Assembly: GCA_002269645.1 (NCBI GenBank)
Contig: NIVC01004860.1
Coordinates: forward strand, 1-33,031
DNA from: Macrostomum lignano
Lineage: Eukaryota
Reading direction: 5' to 3'
Length of the DNA stretch: 33,031 nucleotides
The position numbers and the translations under genes were made by a program. Of this stretch, positions 1 to 20,812 are shown in pieces; within the stretch, counting starts at the first letter, position 1; each line of letters starts with the position of its first letter. The notes beneath the pieces are model-generated. The model worked only from the letters and a program-made list of their open reading frames with translations, searched no databases and was not told where the DNA came from.

Positions 1-1340
1 GTGTGGCATCCAAAGGTACAGGTGTGGGATCCAAGGGTACAGTGTGGCATCCAAAGAGTACAGGTGTGGCATCCAAAGGGTACAGGTGTGGCATCCAAAG
101 GGTACAGGTGTGGCATCCATAGAGTACAGTGTGGCATCCATAGAGTACAGGTGTGGCATCCAAAGGGTACAGGTGTGGCATCCAAAGGGTACAGGGTGGC
201 ATCCAAAGGGTACAGGTGTGGCATCCAAAGGGTACAGGTGTGGCATCCAAAGGTACAGGTGTGGCATCCATAGAGTACAGGTGTGGCATCCAAAGGGTAC
301 AGGTGTGGCATCCAAAGGGTACAGGTGTGCATCCATAGAGTACAGGTTGGCATCCAAAGGGTACAGGTGTGGCATCCAAAGGTACAGGTGTGCATCCAAA
401 GGGTACAGGTGTGGCATCCAAAGGTACAGGTGTGGCATCCAAAGGGTACAGGTGTGGCATCCATAGAGTACAGGTGTGGCATCCAAAGGGTACAGGTGTG
501 GCATCCAAAGGGTACAGGTGTGGCATCCATAGAGTACAGGTGTGACATCCAAAGGGTACAGGTGTGGCATCCAAAGGGTACAGGTGTGGCATCCATAGAG
601 TACAGGTGTTGGCATCCATAGGGTACAGGTGTGGCATCAAAGGTACAGGTGTGGCATCCAAAGGGTATACAGGTGTGGCATCCAAAGAGTACAGGTGTGG
701 TCAAAGGGTACAGGTGTGGCATCCATAGGGTACAGGTGTGGCATCCATAGAGTACAGGTGTGGCATCCATAGAGTACAGGTGTGGCATCCATAGGGTACA
801 GGTGTGGCATCCATAGAGTACAGGTGTGGCATCCAAAGGGTACAGGTGTGGCATCAAAGGGTACAGTGTGCATCAAAGAGGTTACAGGTGTGGCATCCAT
901 AGAGTACAGGTGTGGCATCCAAAGGGTACAGGTGTGGCATCCAAAGGGTACAGGATGTGGCATCAAAGGGTATACAGGTGTGGCATCCATAGAGTACAGG
1001 TGTGGCATCCAAAGGGTACAGGTGTGGCATCCATAGGGTATACAGGTGTGGCATCCATAGAGTACAGGTGTGGCATCTATAGAGTACAGGTGTGGCATCC
1101 ATAGAGTACAGGTGTGGCATCCATAGAGTACAGGTGTGGCATCCATAGAGTACAGGTGTGGCATCCATAGAGTACAGGTGTGGCATCCATAGAGTACAGG
1201 TGTGGCATCCATAGAGTACAGGTGTGGCATCCAAAGAGTACAGGTGTGGCATCAAAGAGTACAGGTGTGGCATCCAAAGAGTACAGGTGTGGCATCCAAA
1301 GAGTACAGGTGTGGCATCCAAAAGTACAGGTGTGCATCCA
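1..1340. repeat. 22-bp minisatellite (GTGTGGCATCCAAAGGGTACAG / ...CCATAGAGTACAG), about 60 units, intronic
   Basis: Tandem unit visible directly. The ORFs over it are repetitive translations (WHPKGTGVAS...). Confidence 0.97.
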
Positions 1341-1370
1341 TTGGACGCGACAGCTCTGGCTGATTTCCAG

Positions 1371-5800
<4,430 letters not shown>

Positions 5801-6185
5801 ACCGCCTTTGCCTGGGTAGATCTACACATACATGTAATTTTAATCTGAGAACTTAGCTTTTTTCAATTGAAGTCTCTATGAATTTCTATTTGCTTTAAAA
5901 CGAGATCAGAAATTATCGATCATTTCGTGAAGATACCGGTCATGCAGTAATCATTGACACATTGACTTTTAATTGACCAGTGCAGGATTAATTAAGTCCA
6001 CAAATAAACTGCGCGATATGTGTGCTCATCACAGCAGCCAGAAAGCTGCTGGGCCTCGCGTTTATTAACTATAATTGCTCATTCGGCTACTTCAATTTGA
6101 TGGTCAAAACCTCAGTCTGGAACTTGAAGCTGCCCTCTCCCTTGTGTCAGAGAGCTGAGAGCTGTTCTACTCAGTTGCCGCCGCG

Positions 6186-7761
<1,576 letters not shown>

Positions 7762-8334
7762 CTTTGCGATAGCTTGGAGTCTCTGCTGGTGTGGCCTCTC
7801 CTTGAGTCGGTAAGGCGTCTCCTCGCCAATGCCCGGCTAAATAAAAGCCAGAAAGGAGACGCATCGCCGGCCTCCGCTGCTTGGCCGGCTGCTCGGACAG
7901 AGCGAAGCTGCCGCGGCCAATTAGCGAGGAGGTGACGGCCGGCCGAGAAAGTGAGAAAGTGGCTGCTGCTCGAGCTTGCTGACCCCCGAGTTTCCGCGTT
8001 TATTTTTCTGTCTCTGTCCGAATCCCTTTTGTTTGGCATACGCTTGTTTGGACTTGCTTTTCAATGCTGAAATTTCGTAACAAGTAAATACGCTCGTGTG
8101 TACAATATCATCGAACTTTGATGACGTTTAGTATACTCGTATACATGTAAGGAGTTTCTTGCATCACCATATTTGTAGTCATTAACTTTTACGATAAAGG
8201 AAATCTCAACCAAACCAAAGTCTGCAACTAATGGAGTTCCCAGGAGGCTTCCTTTTTTTCCATTTTAGAACAGATTTCTTCAGGAAGTATCTTGATTGCC
8301 TCGGTCTTCGTCTTGGTAGCTTTATCCGGCACAT

Positions 8335-9565
8335 TCCTCACTGATAACAAGTAGCGCATCCGGTATCCTCCTCACTGATAACAAGTAGCGCATCCGGTAT
8401 CCTCCTCACTGATAACAAGTAGCGCATCCGGTATCCTCCTCACTGATAACAAGTAGCGCATCCGGTATCCTCCTCACTGATAACAAGTAGCGCATCCGGT
8501 ATCCTCCTCACTGATAACAAGTAAAGCATCCGGCACCTTCCACAATGGTAACAAGTAAAGCATCCGGCACCTTCCACAATGGTAACAAGTAGAGCATCCG
8601 GCACCTTCCACAATGGTAACAAGTAGAGCATCCGGCACCTTCCACAATGGTAACAAGTAGAGCATCCGGCACCTTCCACAATGGTAACAAGTAGAGCATC
8701 CGGCACCTTCCACAATGGTAACAAGTAGAGCATCCGGCACCTTCCACAATGGTAACAAGTAGAGCATCCGGCACCTTCCACAATGGTAACAAGTAGCGCA
8801 TCCGGTATCCTCCTCACTGATAACAAGTAGCGCATCCGGTATCCTCCTCACTGATAACAAGTAGAGCATCCGGCACCTTCCACAATGATAACAAGTAAAG
8901 CATCCGGCACCTTCCACAATGGTAACAAGTAGCGCATCCGGTATCCTCCTCAACTGATAACAAGTAGCGCATCCGGTATCCTCCTCACTGATAACAAGTA
9001 AAGCATCCGGCACCTTCCACAATGGTAACAAGTAAAGCATCCGGCACCTTCCACAATGGTAACAAGTAAAGCATCCGGCACCTTCCACAATGGTAACAAG
9101 TAAAGCATCCGGCACCTTCCACAATGGTAACAAGTAAAGCATCCGGCACCTTCCACAATGATAACAAGTAAAGCATCCGGCACCTTCCACAATGGTAACA
9201 AGTAGCGCATCCGGTATCTTCCTCAACTGATAACAAGTAGAGCATCCGGTATCCTCCTCACTGATAACAAGTAGAGCATCCGGTATCCTCCTCACTGATA
9301 ACAAGTAGAGCATCCGGTATCCTCGTCACTGATAACAAGTAAAGCATCCGGTATCCTCCTCACTGATAACAAGTAAAGCATCCGGCACCTTCCACAATGA
9401 TAACAAGTAAAGCATGCGGCACCTTCCACAATGGTAACAAGTAATTGCATCCGGCACCTTCCACAATGGTAACAAGTAGAGCATCCGGCACCTTCCACAA
9501 TGGTAACAAGTAGAGCATCCGTTATCCTCCTCACTGATAACATGTAGACATCCGGTATCTTCCAC
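8335..9565. repeat. 34-bp minisatellite with two interspersed unit variants, ~35 units
   Basis: Shared core TAACAAGTA-(GC/GA/AA)-GCATCCGG followed by either TATCCTCCTCACTG or CACCTTCCACAATG. Confidence 0.96.
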
Positions 9566-10062
9566 GTGGAACTGAATGTAAAATTTAAACGCTAAATGTT
9601 AAATTAACCTTCTAAACTTGTGGAGCCCTCTTAAACCAGACGTCTGTCCCTGTGGGACTATCAATTTTTTTCTTCAAAATTCGATCGAGGTTTTAGGCCC
9701 ATCTCAGTTAAGAAGCGGATGGTTCAAGATCAGAAATTTGATCTCTAATGCGACAAAGAACTAACCTGTCGGAGATGACAAAAACAGAAATTATTTTAGG
9801 AAAAATTTTGCTCACATTTAACTTACTATTAGTAACAACACTTGCAAGCTAAGAGTTAGATTTTTCTTGCTCAAAAGTTCTTTGAAGAAAAAAGGAAACT
9901 GAGTGTAAGTGACGGCGATCCATAGCGTACAACAAATGTACAGGCAAAAATGAAGTTTATTAAAACAAATAATACTCGCAAGTATCGAAACAAATTAGGT
10001 GCAAACGTTTTACACACAAATAGAGGCCAATTGTGAAGAGCAAAGCTTGATAAACGACGCAA

Positions 10063-11385
10063 TTAAAAGTCCAAAAACTGCGTCCTGAAGCGCATGGTCC
10101 TGCTGATCTTAATGATGTTTTTCGGCACTGGCCGTCCAGTGTAGAACGTCTTGTCGCTCTTGCTAGTCGGCTTGTGCGGCGCCGGCAGCTGCTTGTGGAA
10201 GATGCGGACGAAATCGATGTCCTGAAAGAACGGGTGCTCCCTGATCGCGGTGGCTCCTCTCTTCTGACAGCCCAGACGTTTGTGTGGATTCTTTTGACAC
10301 AAGCAGGTCACGAGATCCTTGGCGTCGGGCTTGATTGAGTTTGGAAACTGGATTTCAGCGTTCACTATTTTCTTTAAAATGTTCATCGTGTTTCCATCGG
10401 GAGTGTGGAATGGCGGACATCCAACCATGAACTCGTACAACAGACAGCCTGTTGTCCACCAATCCACGGAGAAGCTGTAGCCGCAGTTCTTTGCGGCGAA
10501 AACCTCAGGCGCCATGTAGTCCGGCGTGCCCAGGGTGCTGTAGGTTCGCTCTGGATTGGGCAGATGGATTTTCAAGGCAAGTGTTAGCGCTATTGTACAA
10601 ATCATTCAATACTTTTTTCAATCAGCAATGATGATTGAAATGGCTTTGCTTCAGTTGACTGATTGCCGGATTGAAATCAGGAATTAAGCTGGCTTTGCTT
10701 CAGTCCGAAATCAGGAGGTCCTGTCTGAGAGTGCCATAGCTGTCACAGAAATAACTTTTCATTCTTGCTCACCTCTGTTAGCGTCCAGCAGTTTAGCAAA
10801 CCCCAAGTCGGCCAGCTGCACGTAGCCTGACCTGTCCAGCATCAGATTCTCTGGCTTCAGGTCCCTGTAAACGACCCGCATCTTATGCAGATACTCGAAT
10901 GCTAGAAGCACCTGAGCCACATAGAACTTTGCCTCCTCGTAGCTGAATCGCTTCAACCGAGTAGAAAGCATGAGACGAAATAAGTCGCCGCACTCAATGA
11001 AGGGCATGATTATGTAAACGTTTGAGTTGTCCTTCAGCTTGTCAATTAGCGATATGATAAGCGGGTGGTGAACAGCAGACAGTGCTCTGCGCTCTCCAAT
11101 AATGTACTTGATCATTTTCTTCTCCTTGATCTTCTCTTTCGACATGACCTTCATAGCGTACAGTGGGCCGCCTTTCTGGATGTTTACCAGCAGCACAAGA
11201 CCAAATCCGCCTTGTCCGAGAACGCGCACTGCGCTGTACTTTTGTTTTGCTTTCGTTTGCGGCTCTTTGAAGAACCTAGCTGGGAATAGACGCGACTCCA
11301 ACTCCAGCCATTCCAGATAAGTTGCCCCGCTTTTTACCATGTCAAATGGCACCTTGTCGTGGGTTCCGTGGGCGGGCTCACCCAT
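10063..11385 (-). CDS. PKA catalytic subunit-like AGC Ser/Thr kinase, copy 1; exons 11385-10773 and 10550-10063 (~366 aa; the 5' end may extend further)
   Basis: Motifs LGQGGFGLV, YAMKVM, YRDLKPEN, ADLGFAK, GTPDYMAPE, VDWW, PPF, and terminal FxxF (FLDF) as in PKA. Phase-1 intron AGA G|gtgagc...ccag|AG CGA. Confidence 0.9.
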
Positions 11386-12594
11386 TGAAGGTTGATCGTA
11401 GTATCGTGCTATTTTTTAACGATGCAATAGTGTGAGTGCTCTTATCTCGATTGAGGCTGCTGGCTGGCTCTGAGACATAGACTTTACACTTGTGGTTCGC
11501 ATTTTCCACATTGATCTGAGACATATAGTGTCAAGGAGATACACAAACAACCAATTACACGAAAAAAACTCTAAAAAAATTGTTGCCCTTAAGTAGCTTT
11601 GAAAGCTTGTCAGGATAATCTTTATTATCAAATCCTTGTCTTTCAGTACCAATAGTCCCTATTGGTTCACAAGATGCTTTAAGACAACTCAGAGACCTTG
11701 ACTGCTTGATTGCACACCAATTTGACCATGATCCGCTAGGTGTCTATGTTTTTTCTGTCTCGGTGCTCCAGGTGTTGCCGCTCTGTTGCTGATACTGCTA
11801 AGGAAAATTCGATGTCAACTTCAGGACTGGAATGAAGCCGACCAAACCTACTTCAATTGGTAACTTGTCGGACTAGAAACGCCGGGACATCCATCCCATC
11901 CAGGTCTGTTTCTTGTGCTCCGATGATGTCCAGTTTTGATAAGTGCTATCACAGAAATGGTATACGTTATTCCTTCTCAAAAACTTTATTTGACTTTACT
12001 GATTATAGGGTAATAAACAACCAATGATCCTTGAGAAGATGACCCTCGATTCTTATGCACTTTCGGGTCCTAAGTGAATCTCTTTTTCCTTTTTCTACAC
12101 TCGGATCGCCTATTCGAGCTTTCGACGCGATTAAGAGAAGGCATATTGTTTTAACATCCACGTGCCGCAAGTCAGTGCTGCAACCCACTTGATCAACGTA
12201 CCAAATTCCAGAAGAAGGTAACAAGAGACTGGAAACATTCTGGCGCATTCAGATTGTCGAGAGATTTATGTTGTAGGAACTGTTCGAATGAGTTCACTTA
12301 TTTTAGCTAAAAATTTTTACTATTCTTACCACAGGGAAAATACTCTTAGCATTCTTTGACGGCGTAACACAATAATAAAGACGTTATGTACAAATGAAAT
12401 ACACTCAAAGCTGCGTGAAAGAATGCTGTTTGCGTGGTTTCAGGAAGTTAAATATAGTAACATAGGCTGTCGATCTGGCAGAGAACACATGACGTTTTTG
12501 TTAAAGTGTCAATGCATCATAGCTATTGCATGTGATGCAGTCCTTCTGAGTGAAATTAAAAAATATTGACAAAATAATACGAGCATGCGTCAAG

Positions 12595-14399
12595 TCAAAA
12601 CTCCTTGAACATCGTGTTGAAGCGCATGGTCCTGCTGATTTTGATCACATTCTTCGGAACTGGCCGTCCAGTGTAGAACGTCTTGTCATCTTTGCTAGTC
12701 GGCTTGTGCGGCGCAGGCAGCTGCCTGTGGAAGACACGGACGAAGTCGATGTCTTGAAAGAACGGGTGCTCCCTGATAGCTGCTGCTCCCGTCTTCTGGC
12801 AGCCCAGGCGTTTGTGTGGGTTCTTCTGGCACAAGCAGCTTACAAGATCTTTGGCGTCGGGCTTAATGAAGTTTGGAAACTGAACCTCTGACGTCATTAT
12901 TTTCTTAATCACGTTCATCGTGTTTCCATCGGGAGTGTGGAATGGCGGAAATCCAACCATGAACTCGTACAACAGACAGCCTGTTGTCCACCAATCCACG
13001 GAGAAGCTGTAGCCGCAGTTCTTTGCTGAGAAAATCTCAGGCGCCATGTAGTCCGGCGTGCCCAGGGTGCTGTAGGTTCGCTCTGGATTGTACAGGGTAT
13101 GAAAAATTCAGCTAGTCGATTGATTGTATTTTAATCGAAATTAATTTTTAATTCTTTAACCCAGGCTAAGGATGCATTTGCATGTACAGAAATTCTACCC
13201 TTCACAGCAAATTTGCACCCAAACAAAAATGGAACCAAGAAAGAAACGTCAAACTATTCTATTTTCAAATAAAGGGAAGCTTGGATTTTTGCTTGCGATT
13301 TCTCTTTCCGGTGACGCCAGCATATCAGCTTTTTGTGTGATGATCTCACACTCAGTGCGTTCTAAACGTCACCTAGCGACATCTAATCTTCGCGACACCG
13401 CAGCCGCATTTCTGTATTTACCTCGTAGGCGTTCATTCACTGCGGTAAACAGCTCTTGACATACATGCAGGCATTGCCCCAAACAGTTTTATCCGTGCGC
13501 TCACCTCTGTTAGCGTCCAGCAGTTTAGCAAACCCCAAGTCGGCCAGCTGCACGTAGCCTGACCTGTCCAGCATCAGATTCTCTGGCTTCAGGTCCCTGT
13601 AAACGACCCGCATCTTATGCAGATACTCGAATGCTAGAAGCACCTGAGCCACATAGAACTTTGCCTCCTCGTAGCTGAATCGCTTCAACCGAGTAGAAAG
13701 CATGAGACGAAATAAGTCGCCGCACTCAATGAAGGGCATGATTATGTAAACGTTTGAGTTGTCCTTCAGCTTGTCAATTAGCGACATGATAAGCGGGTGG
13801 TGAACAGCAGACAGTGCTCTGCGCTCTCCAATAATGTACTTGATCATTTTCTTCTCCTTGATCTTCTCTTTCGACATGACCTTCATAGCGTACAGTGGGC
13901 CGCCTTTCTCAACATTCACCAGCAGCACAAGACCAAATCCGCCTTGTCCTAGCACGCGCACAATGTTATATTTCTGCTGCGCCTTTGTGTGCTGCTCACG
14001 ATAATATCTGACTGGGAATAGCCGCGACTCCAACTCCAGCCATTCCAGATAAGTTGCCTCACTTTTCACCATGTCGAACGGCGCTTTGTCATCTTTGTTT
14101 CCGTTCACCGCCTCGTGTGAGTTGAAATTTTCTAAAACAATGCTGTTTGTCGGCTTTTTCCTGATTTCGTAGGTGATTTTGTTGTCTGATTTTTTCTCTG
14201 CGCCTGCTAAATTATCTTCCCGTTCGGTCTGCTTCCGGCCACTTGTAGCGCCTAGCTTAGCTTGGCTGTTCGCGTCCTGATTAGGGTTGTTGTGCATAGA
14301 GGTCGGCTCCGCCTCTGGAATGGCATCTTCCGTTGGCTCCGTCACTTCTCCGTCAGAGCTACGATGACCTTCATTACTGGCCTCTTCCAGCTCCCTCAT
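12595..14399 (-). CDS. PKA catalytic subunit-like AGC Ser/Thr kinase, copy 2, with long acidic low-complexity N-terminus; exons 14399-13505 and 13082-12595 (~460 aa)
   Basis: Same motifs and intron position as copy 1; terminal FKEF. Confidence 0.92.
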
Positions 14400-15391
14400 T
14401 GAGTGCTATTAGCGCTATTTCGTCTTCGCAGCAATTTTGGCCAAGGAAGTGAAAGGTTGCGCTGGAAATTCTCAGTGTGTTTAACTGCACAAGTAATTGT
14501 CTATCTAAATAAAGCAGTAGCAGCCAATGTGTTCCAGCCAGCTGTCTATGGCAATTGCTGCTGCACCTTTTCGATCTGTTTGATCGCATATAGCGCCAAC
14601 ACCCTGGCATATTGATATTCCCTTCCTTCGTGAGATCGTTGTACGGAATTTTTTGTTCTTGAAAAACCGCATTTACTCCATTCTATGGGATTAAAGCGTA
14701 CGAATTGTATGTGAGCTAAAACTCATCTGAGTGCACATCAGCAGAGAAAGCCTTCCTCCCACTGGAACCAGCCTCTCCCCGGGAAGCAGACCGCTTTATC
14801 AATTTCGCCGTCATAATTGGTTTTTCCAACGATTCGGTCCTATGATAAGACGCCTCTAGCAGCTCCGGGCTCATTTCGGAACTCATATATACCCTAGAAT
14901 AGACACTAAGTTGATTTTCTTTAGGGAAAATGGACAAAGACAGACAGCTATGAAATAACGATGGCCGCGTCTGGAGGTGAGCCCTGAAGCTTTGCCCATC
15001 TGACTATCGCAGGATGCAGGCAGAATCCGAATGCTCAAAAAGGTTGGGCCGCATCTCAAAACGCCAGAGGGGCGCCTGTCCGATAGGATGATTCAGTCAA
15101 TCCGCTTCCCTTTCCCAGGATAAGATGGGATTCGGACAGAGAAAGAAAAATAAACGCGGAAACTCGGGGGTCAGCAAGCTCGAGCAGCAGCCACTTTCTC
15201 ACTTTCTCGGCTGGCCGTCACCTCCTCGCTAATTGGCCACGGCAGCTTCGCGCTGTCCGAGCAGCCGGCCAAGCAGCGGAGGCCGGCGATGCGTCTCCTT
15301 TCTGGCTTTTATTTAGCCGGGCATTGGCGAGGAGACGCCTTACCGACTCAAGGAGAGGCCACACCAGCAGAGACTCCAAGCTATCGCAAAG

Positions 15392-17865
<2,474 letters not shown>

Positions 17866-18238
17866 GCGCACGCATGATCAGCAGGAACTATATATACACA
17901 CAATCGACTGTTGCCGCTCTATTAGTACGGCTTGTATATCCGAAGCGAAGAAAAGTTTTTGTGCAAGTCCATTCTGGGACGCACAAATAGAATTGTTGCT
18001 ATTGCCCAATCAATTGTGTTGCTTTTTGTTCTCACCACTTTTATTATTGTGCTGTACATGTAATAATGCCTAACTTCATTAGCTCGAAGCTACATGTACG
18101 TGTACATGTATTCGTAAGCTCAAAATTTCACTACAGAAGCTCAAGTTTTTAGTTCACAAGCTTAAAATCTAATGGGCTTGGAACAAGCTTGAACATTTAC
18201 ATTATTGAAATCGTTTAAGTTGCACGAGAGATAATGTA

Positions 18239-19205
18239 CTTCGGGTGTGTCATAAGTAATGTCACTGCAGGCCTGTCTAAAATATGTAGGCACATGGACT
18301 TGTGGGTAGTGTAGCTGCAAAGTATACTTAGTGAAGCAATAGCAGTGCATTTGAGACGTGCATAGGTTGTTTATGGCCCAAGCTATCGCAAGAATACGCC
18401 AAGCAGATTTAGCAAGTGCAACGCGATGAAAAATCGTCTATGCAGCGAACAAAAATCATCTTGAATCTTGACAAGACGCCTGCACCAAGCAGATCCGCAA
18501 GGTGTTTAGCAGCCGGGGCTTGAATGACATCCTAAACTGCCTGGTTGCTGAGGATGAAAGCTGGCTCCATCTGGATGGCAAGGGCAGCAAGGCAGATAAT
18601 CGCTGCTGGTTGGGAGTTGGGGACTTCAGGCCGATGGTGACTAGGAAGTCCATCTCGGACAAGAAGACCATGCTGCTGGTAGCCTTCACGCCAAACAAAC
18701 GAGTCTCCATCTGCACAACTCCACCGAACACCAAGGTCGATGGCCAGTACTTTATCGACTTTTTCCGGCACACTGGAGACCTCTGGTGCACTCTCCGGTC
18801 AAATCCATGTCACCTGGACGAGGTTCTGTGGCAGATGGACACCGCACGGCTGCACACCTGAAGGCTGTTTCGAATTTTCTGCCTGCACGGCAAGTGAATA
18901 TGCTCTGACAGTCCCTACAGCCCAGACTTCAACTTTTGCAAGAGATTTCTGTTCAAATGGCTGAAGGCTGACTTTTCCAAGAAGAGTTTCGCAAACCATG
19001 AAGAGGTAAAACAGGCCGCGTTGCACTGGTTATGGCAGTTGGAGGAAAAACACCTGCAGGCTGAGGTGGACAAGCTGTATGAGCACTGCCAGAGGGTGAT
19101 TAATATTGGGGGACTCTATGTTGTTGAGTGGTACAGTTTTGTTCATCTGCGATTGCAAGTTCGTCTGTTTTCACATTAGTGACATTACTTATGACACACC
19201 CGAAG
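18239..19205 (+). mobile_element. Internally deleted Tc1/mariner-type DNA transposon, 967 bp, with perfect 28-bp TIRs and TA target-site duplication
   Basis: TIR CTTCGGGTGTGTCATAAGTAATGTCACT at 18239-18266 and its exact reverse complement at 19178-19205; TA at 18237-38 and 19206-07. Transposase remnants DESW, WQMDTARLHT (cf. HDNARPH) and PYSPDFNF (cf. YSPDLAP), with stops and frameshifts. Confidence 0.93.
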
Positions 19206-20003
19206 TACGCATGCGCAGTGGCGTGACTACATGTACTTTTTATAGCAAGAACTCCGACGATGAGACAGTTGTATGAAATGCTTCCCACACACGCTCATGT
19301 ATAAGTGATGATAGTCATTAAAATGAATGGCAAGTGATGATAACGATTAGGGTGTTTCACGTCTTACACTCCCATCCCTGTCAATACTCACAAAATCAGT
19401 CGGCAGATTCGATTCATTAATTTAAAGAATTCGGAAGTTAACCTTCACTTTTACATTTGAGGGTCCCATTTTCATTTTCATACTACTGCCATTTTACTGC
19501 ATGTGTAAGCCTGTAATAGGCAGAAAATGGATAGTCTAAAAAGTTTATCTGACCACACTACTGGCAGTAAGCTAGCCAGTTCACTAACACCAATGTATAC
19601 ATTCCGACTGGATTACATTACTAATCTAACAACAAAATCTTTCCTAAGAAGAAAATACACCAAAAGGCAGATAAAATTACACTTAGCAGACAGACAGAAC
19701 TGAGTGCAGTGTTTATTTATTATTTTTATCAAACTGTAAGTCGAAAAAACCACTGGGCTGAATTAGCAAGCGCTATGAAGGCGCCCTGAATGAACAAGTT
19801 CAGAGTTGGACATTAGTAGGTTGCAATACACTGAAGGGTGAAGTTATAAATTGGCTTAACAGCAATAATTAGTAGTAAAAATAAGAGCATTAACACCGAG
19901 AGAGCCTTATCTGGTGTCACAACACATCCGTACACTTTCATCAATAAACATCGTCATTCCTGAACTCCCTTAAACGGGTTCGTTCAACTTCAACCAAACT
20001 GGC

Positions 20004-20148
20004 TTAGCAGGTGCCACAGTCGGCGATCACCACCGTCTTGGACGGCTTGCCGCTCTGGCTGCCGAGAGCCTCCATCTTCTTCACCACATCGTCGCCAGAG
20101 ATCACCTCGCCGAATACAACGTGCTTGCCATCGAGCCACGGAGTGCTC

Positions 20149-20180
<32 letters not shown>

Positions 20181-20812
20181 GTTCGGGCCGGCATTGGCCA
20201 TAGACAGCAGGAAGGGCTTCTCGTGCTTCCTGGCGAATTTCTCGTCCTCGAACTTCTCGCCGTAGATGGACTCGCCGCCGGTGCCGTTGCCGCGGGTGAA
20301 GTCACCGCCCTGGCACATGAACTGGGGAATGATGCGGTGGAAGCCGCTTCCCTTGTAGTGCAGCGGCTTGCCGCTCTCTGAAAAGGTGAGGCAGATGAAT
20401 TCTTCCAGTGTCGATCTTAACATTCTAAATAAACATCAAACCACCATAATGTACTCTGCCGCGATGGATTGAAGCAGCCACAAGATTGCAGTAAAGTCAA
20501 GTACAGACTTGTTTTTTTTATTTTTGTTATTACATGCGCATGCATATTTGGAAGCAGCTAAAATATCGCGTGAACTGTCAAGGAGTAATAATATGGCTAA
20601 TCTAGACACATTTGAACTTTTAAGTTTGAAGTAAAAAACAAACTCAGGAGTAAACAGCAATATAAATTACACTTACTGCCCATGCCTTTCTCGCCAGTGC
20701 AGAGGCACCTGAAGTTCGCAGCTGTCTTTGGGACAAGGTCATCATACAGTTTGAAAACAATCCTGCCCAAAGGCTGGCCGTTGGTGGTGATATCGAAGAA
20801 AACGTTGGACAT
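20004..20812 (-). CDS. PPIA: Cyclophilin A-type peptidyl-prolyl cis-trans isomerase, divergent-loop type, copy 1; exons 20812-20677 and 20377-20004 (169 aa)
   Basis: [16 protein letters not shown], loop [52 protein letters not shown]. Phase-1 GT-AG intron. Confidence 0.96.

Noticed and set aside
1-1340. Long ORFs over tandem repeats (also 6112-6980, 8440-9565, 15423-16512, 17240-17740, 27112-28321)
   Set aside because: These are stop-poor translations of repeats in several frames at once, and most lie within introns defined by flanking exons.
8335-9565. CRISPR-like look (constant core alternating with variable segments)
   Set aside because: The variable parts take only two forms rather than unique spacers, no cas genes are present, and the context is eukaryotic.
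14716-14937. 73-aa minus-strand ORF upstream of kinase 2
   Set aside because: No recognisable motif and no clear splice link to the kinase.
20011-20381. Plus-strand ORFs opposite the cyclophilins (also 24396-24766) and opposite the kinases
   Set aside because: Antisense shadows of GC3-rich coding sequence.
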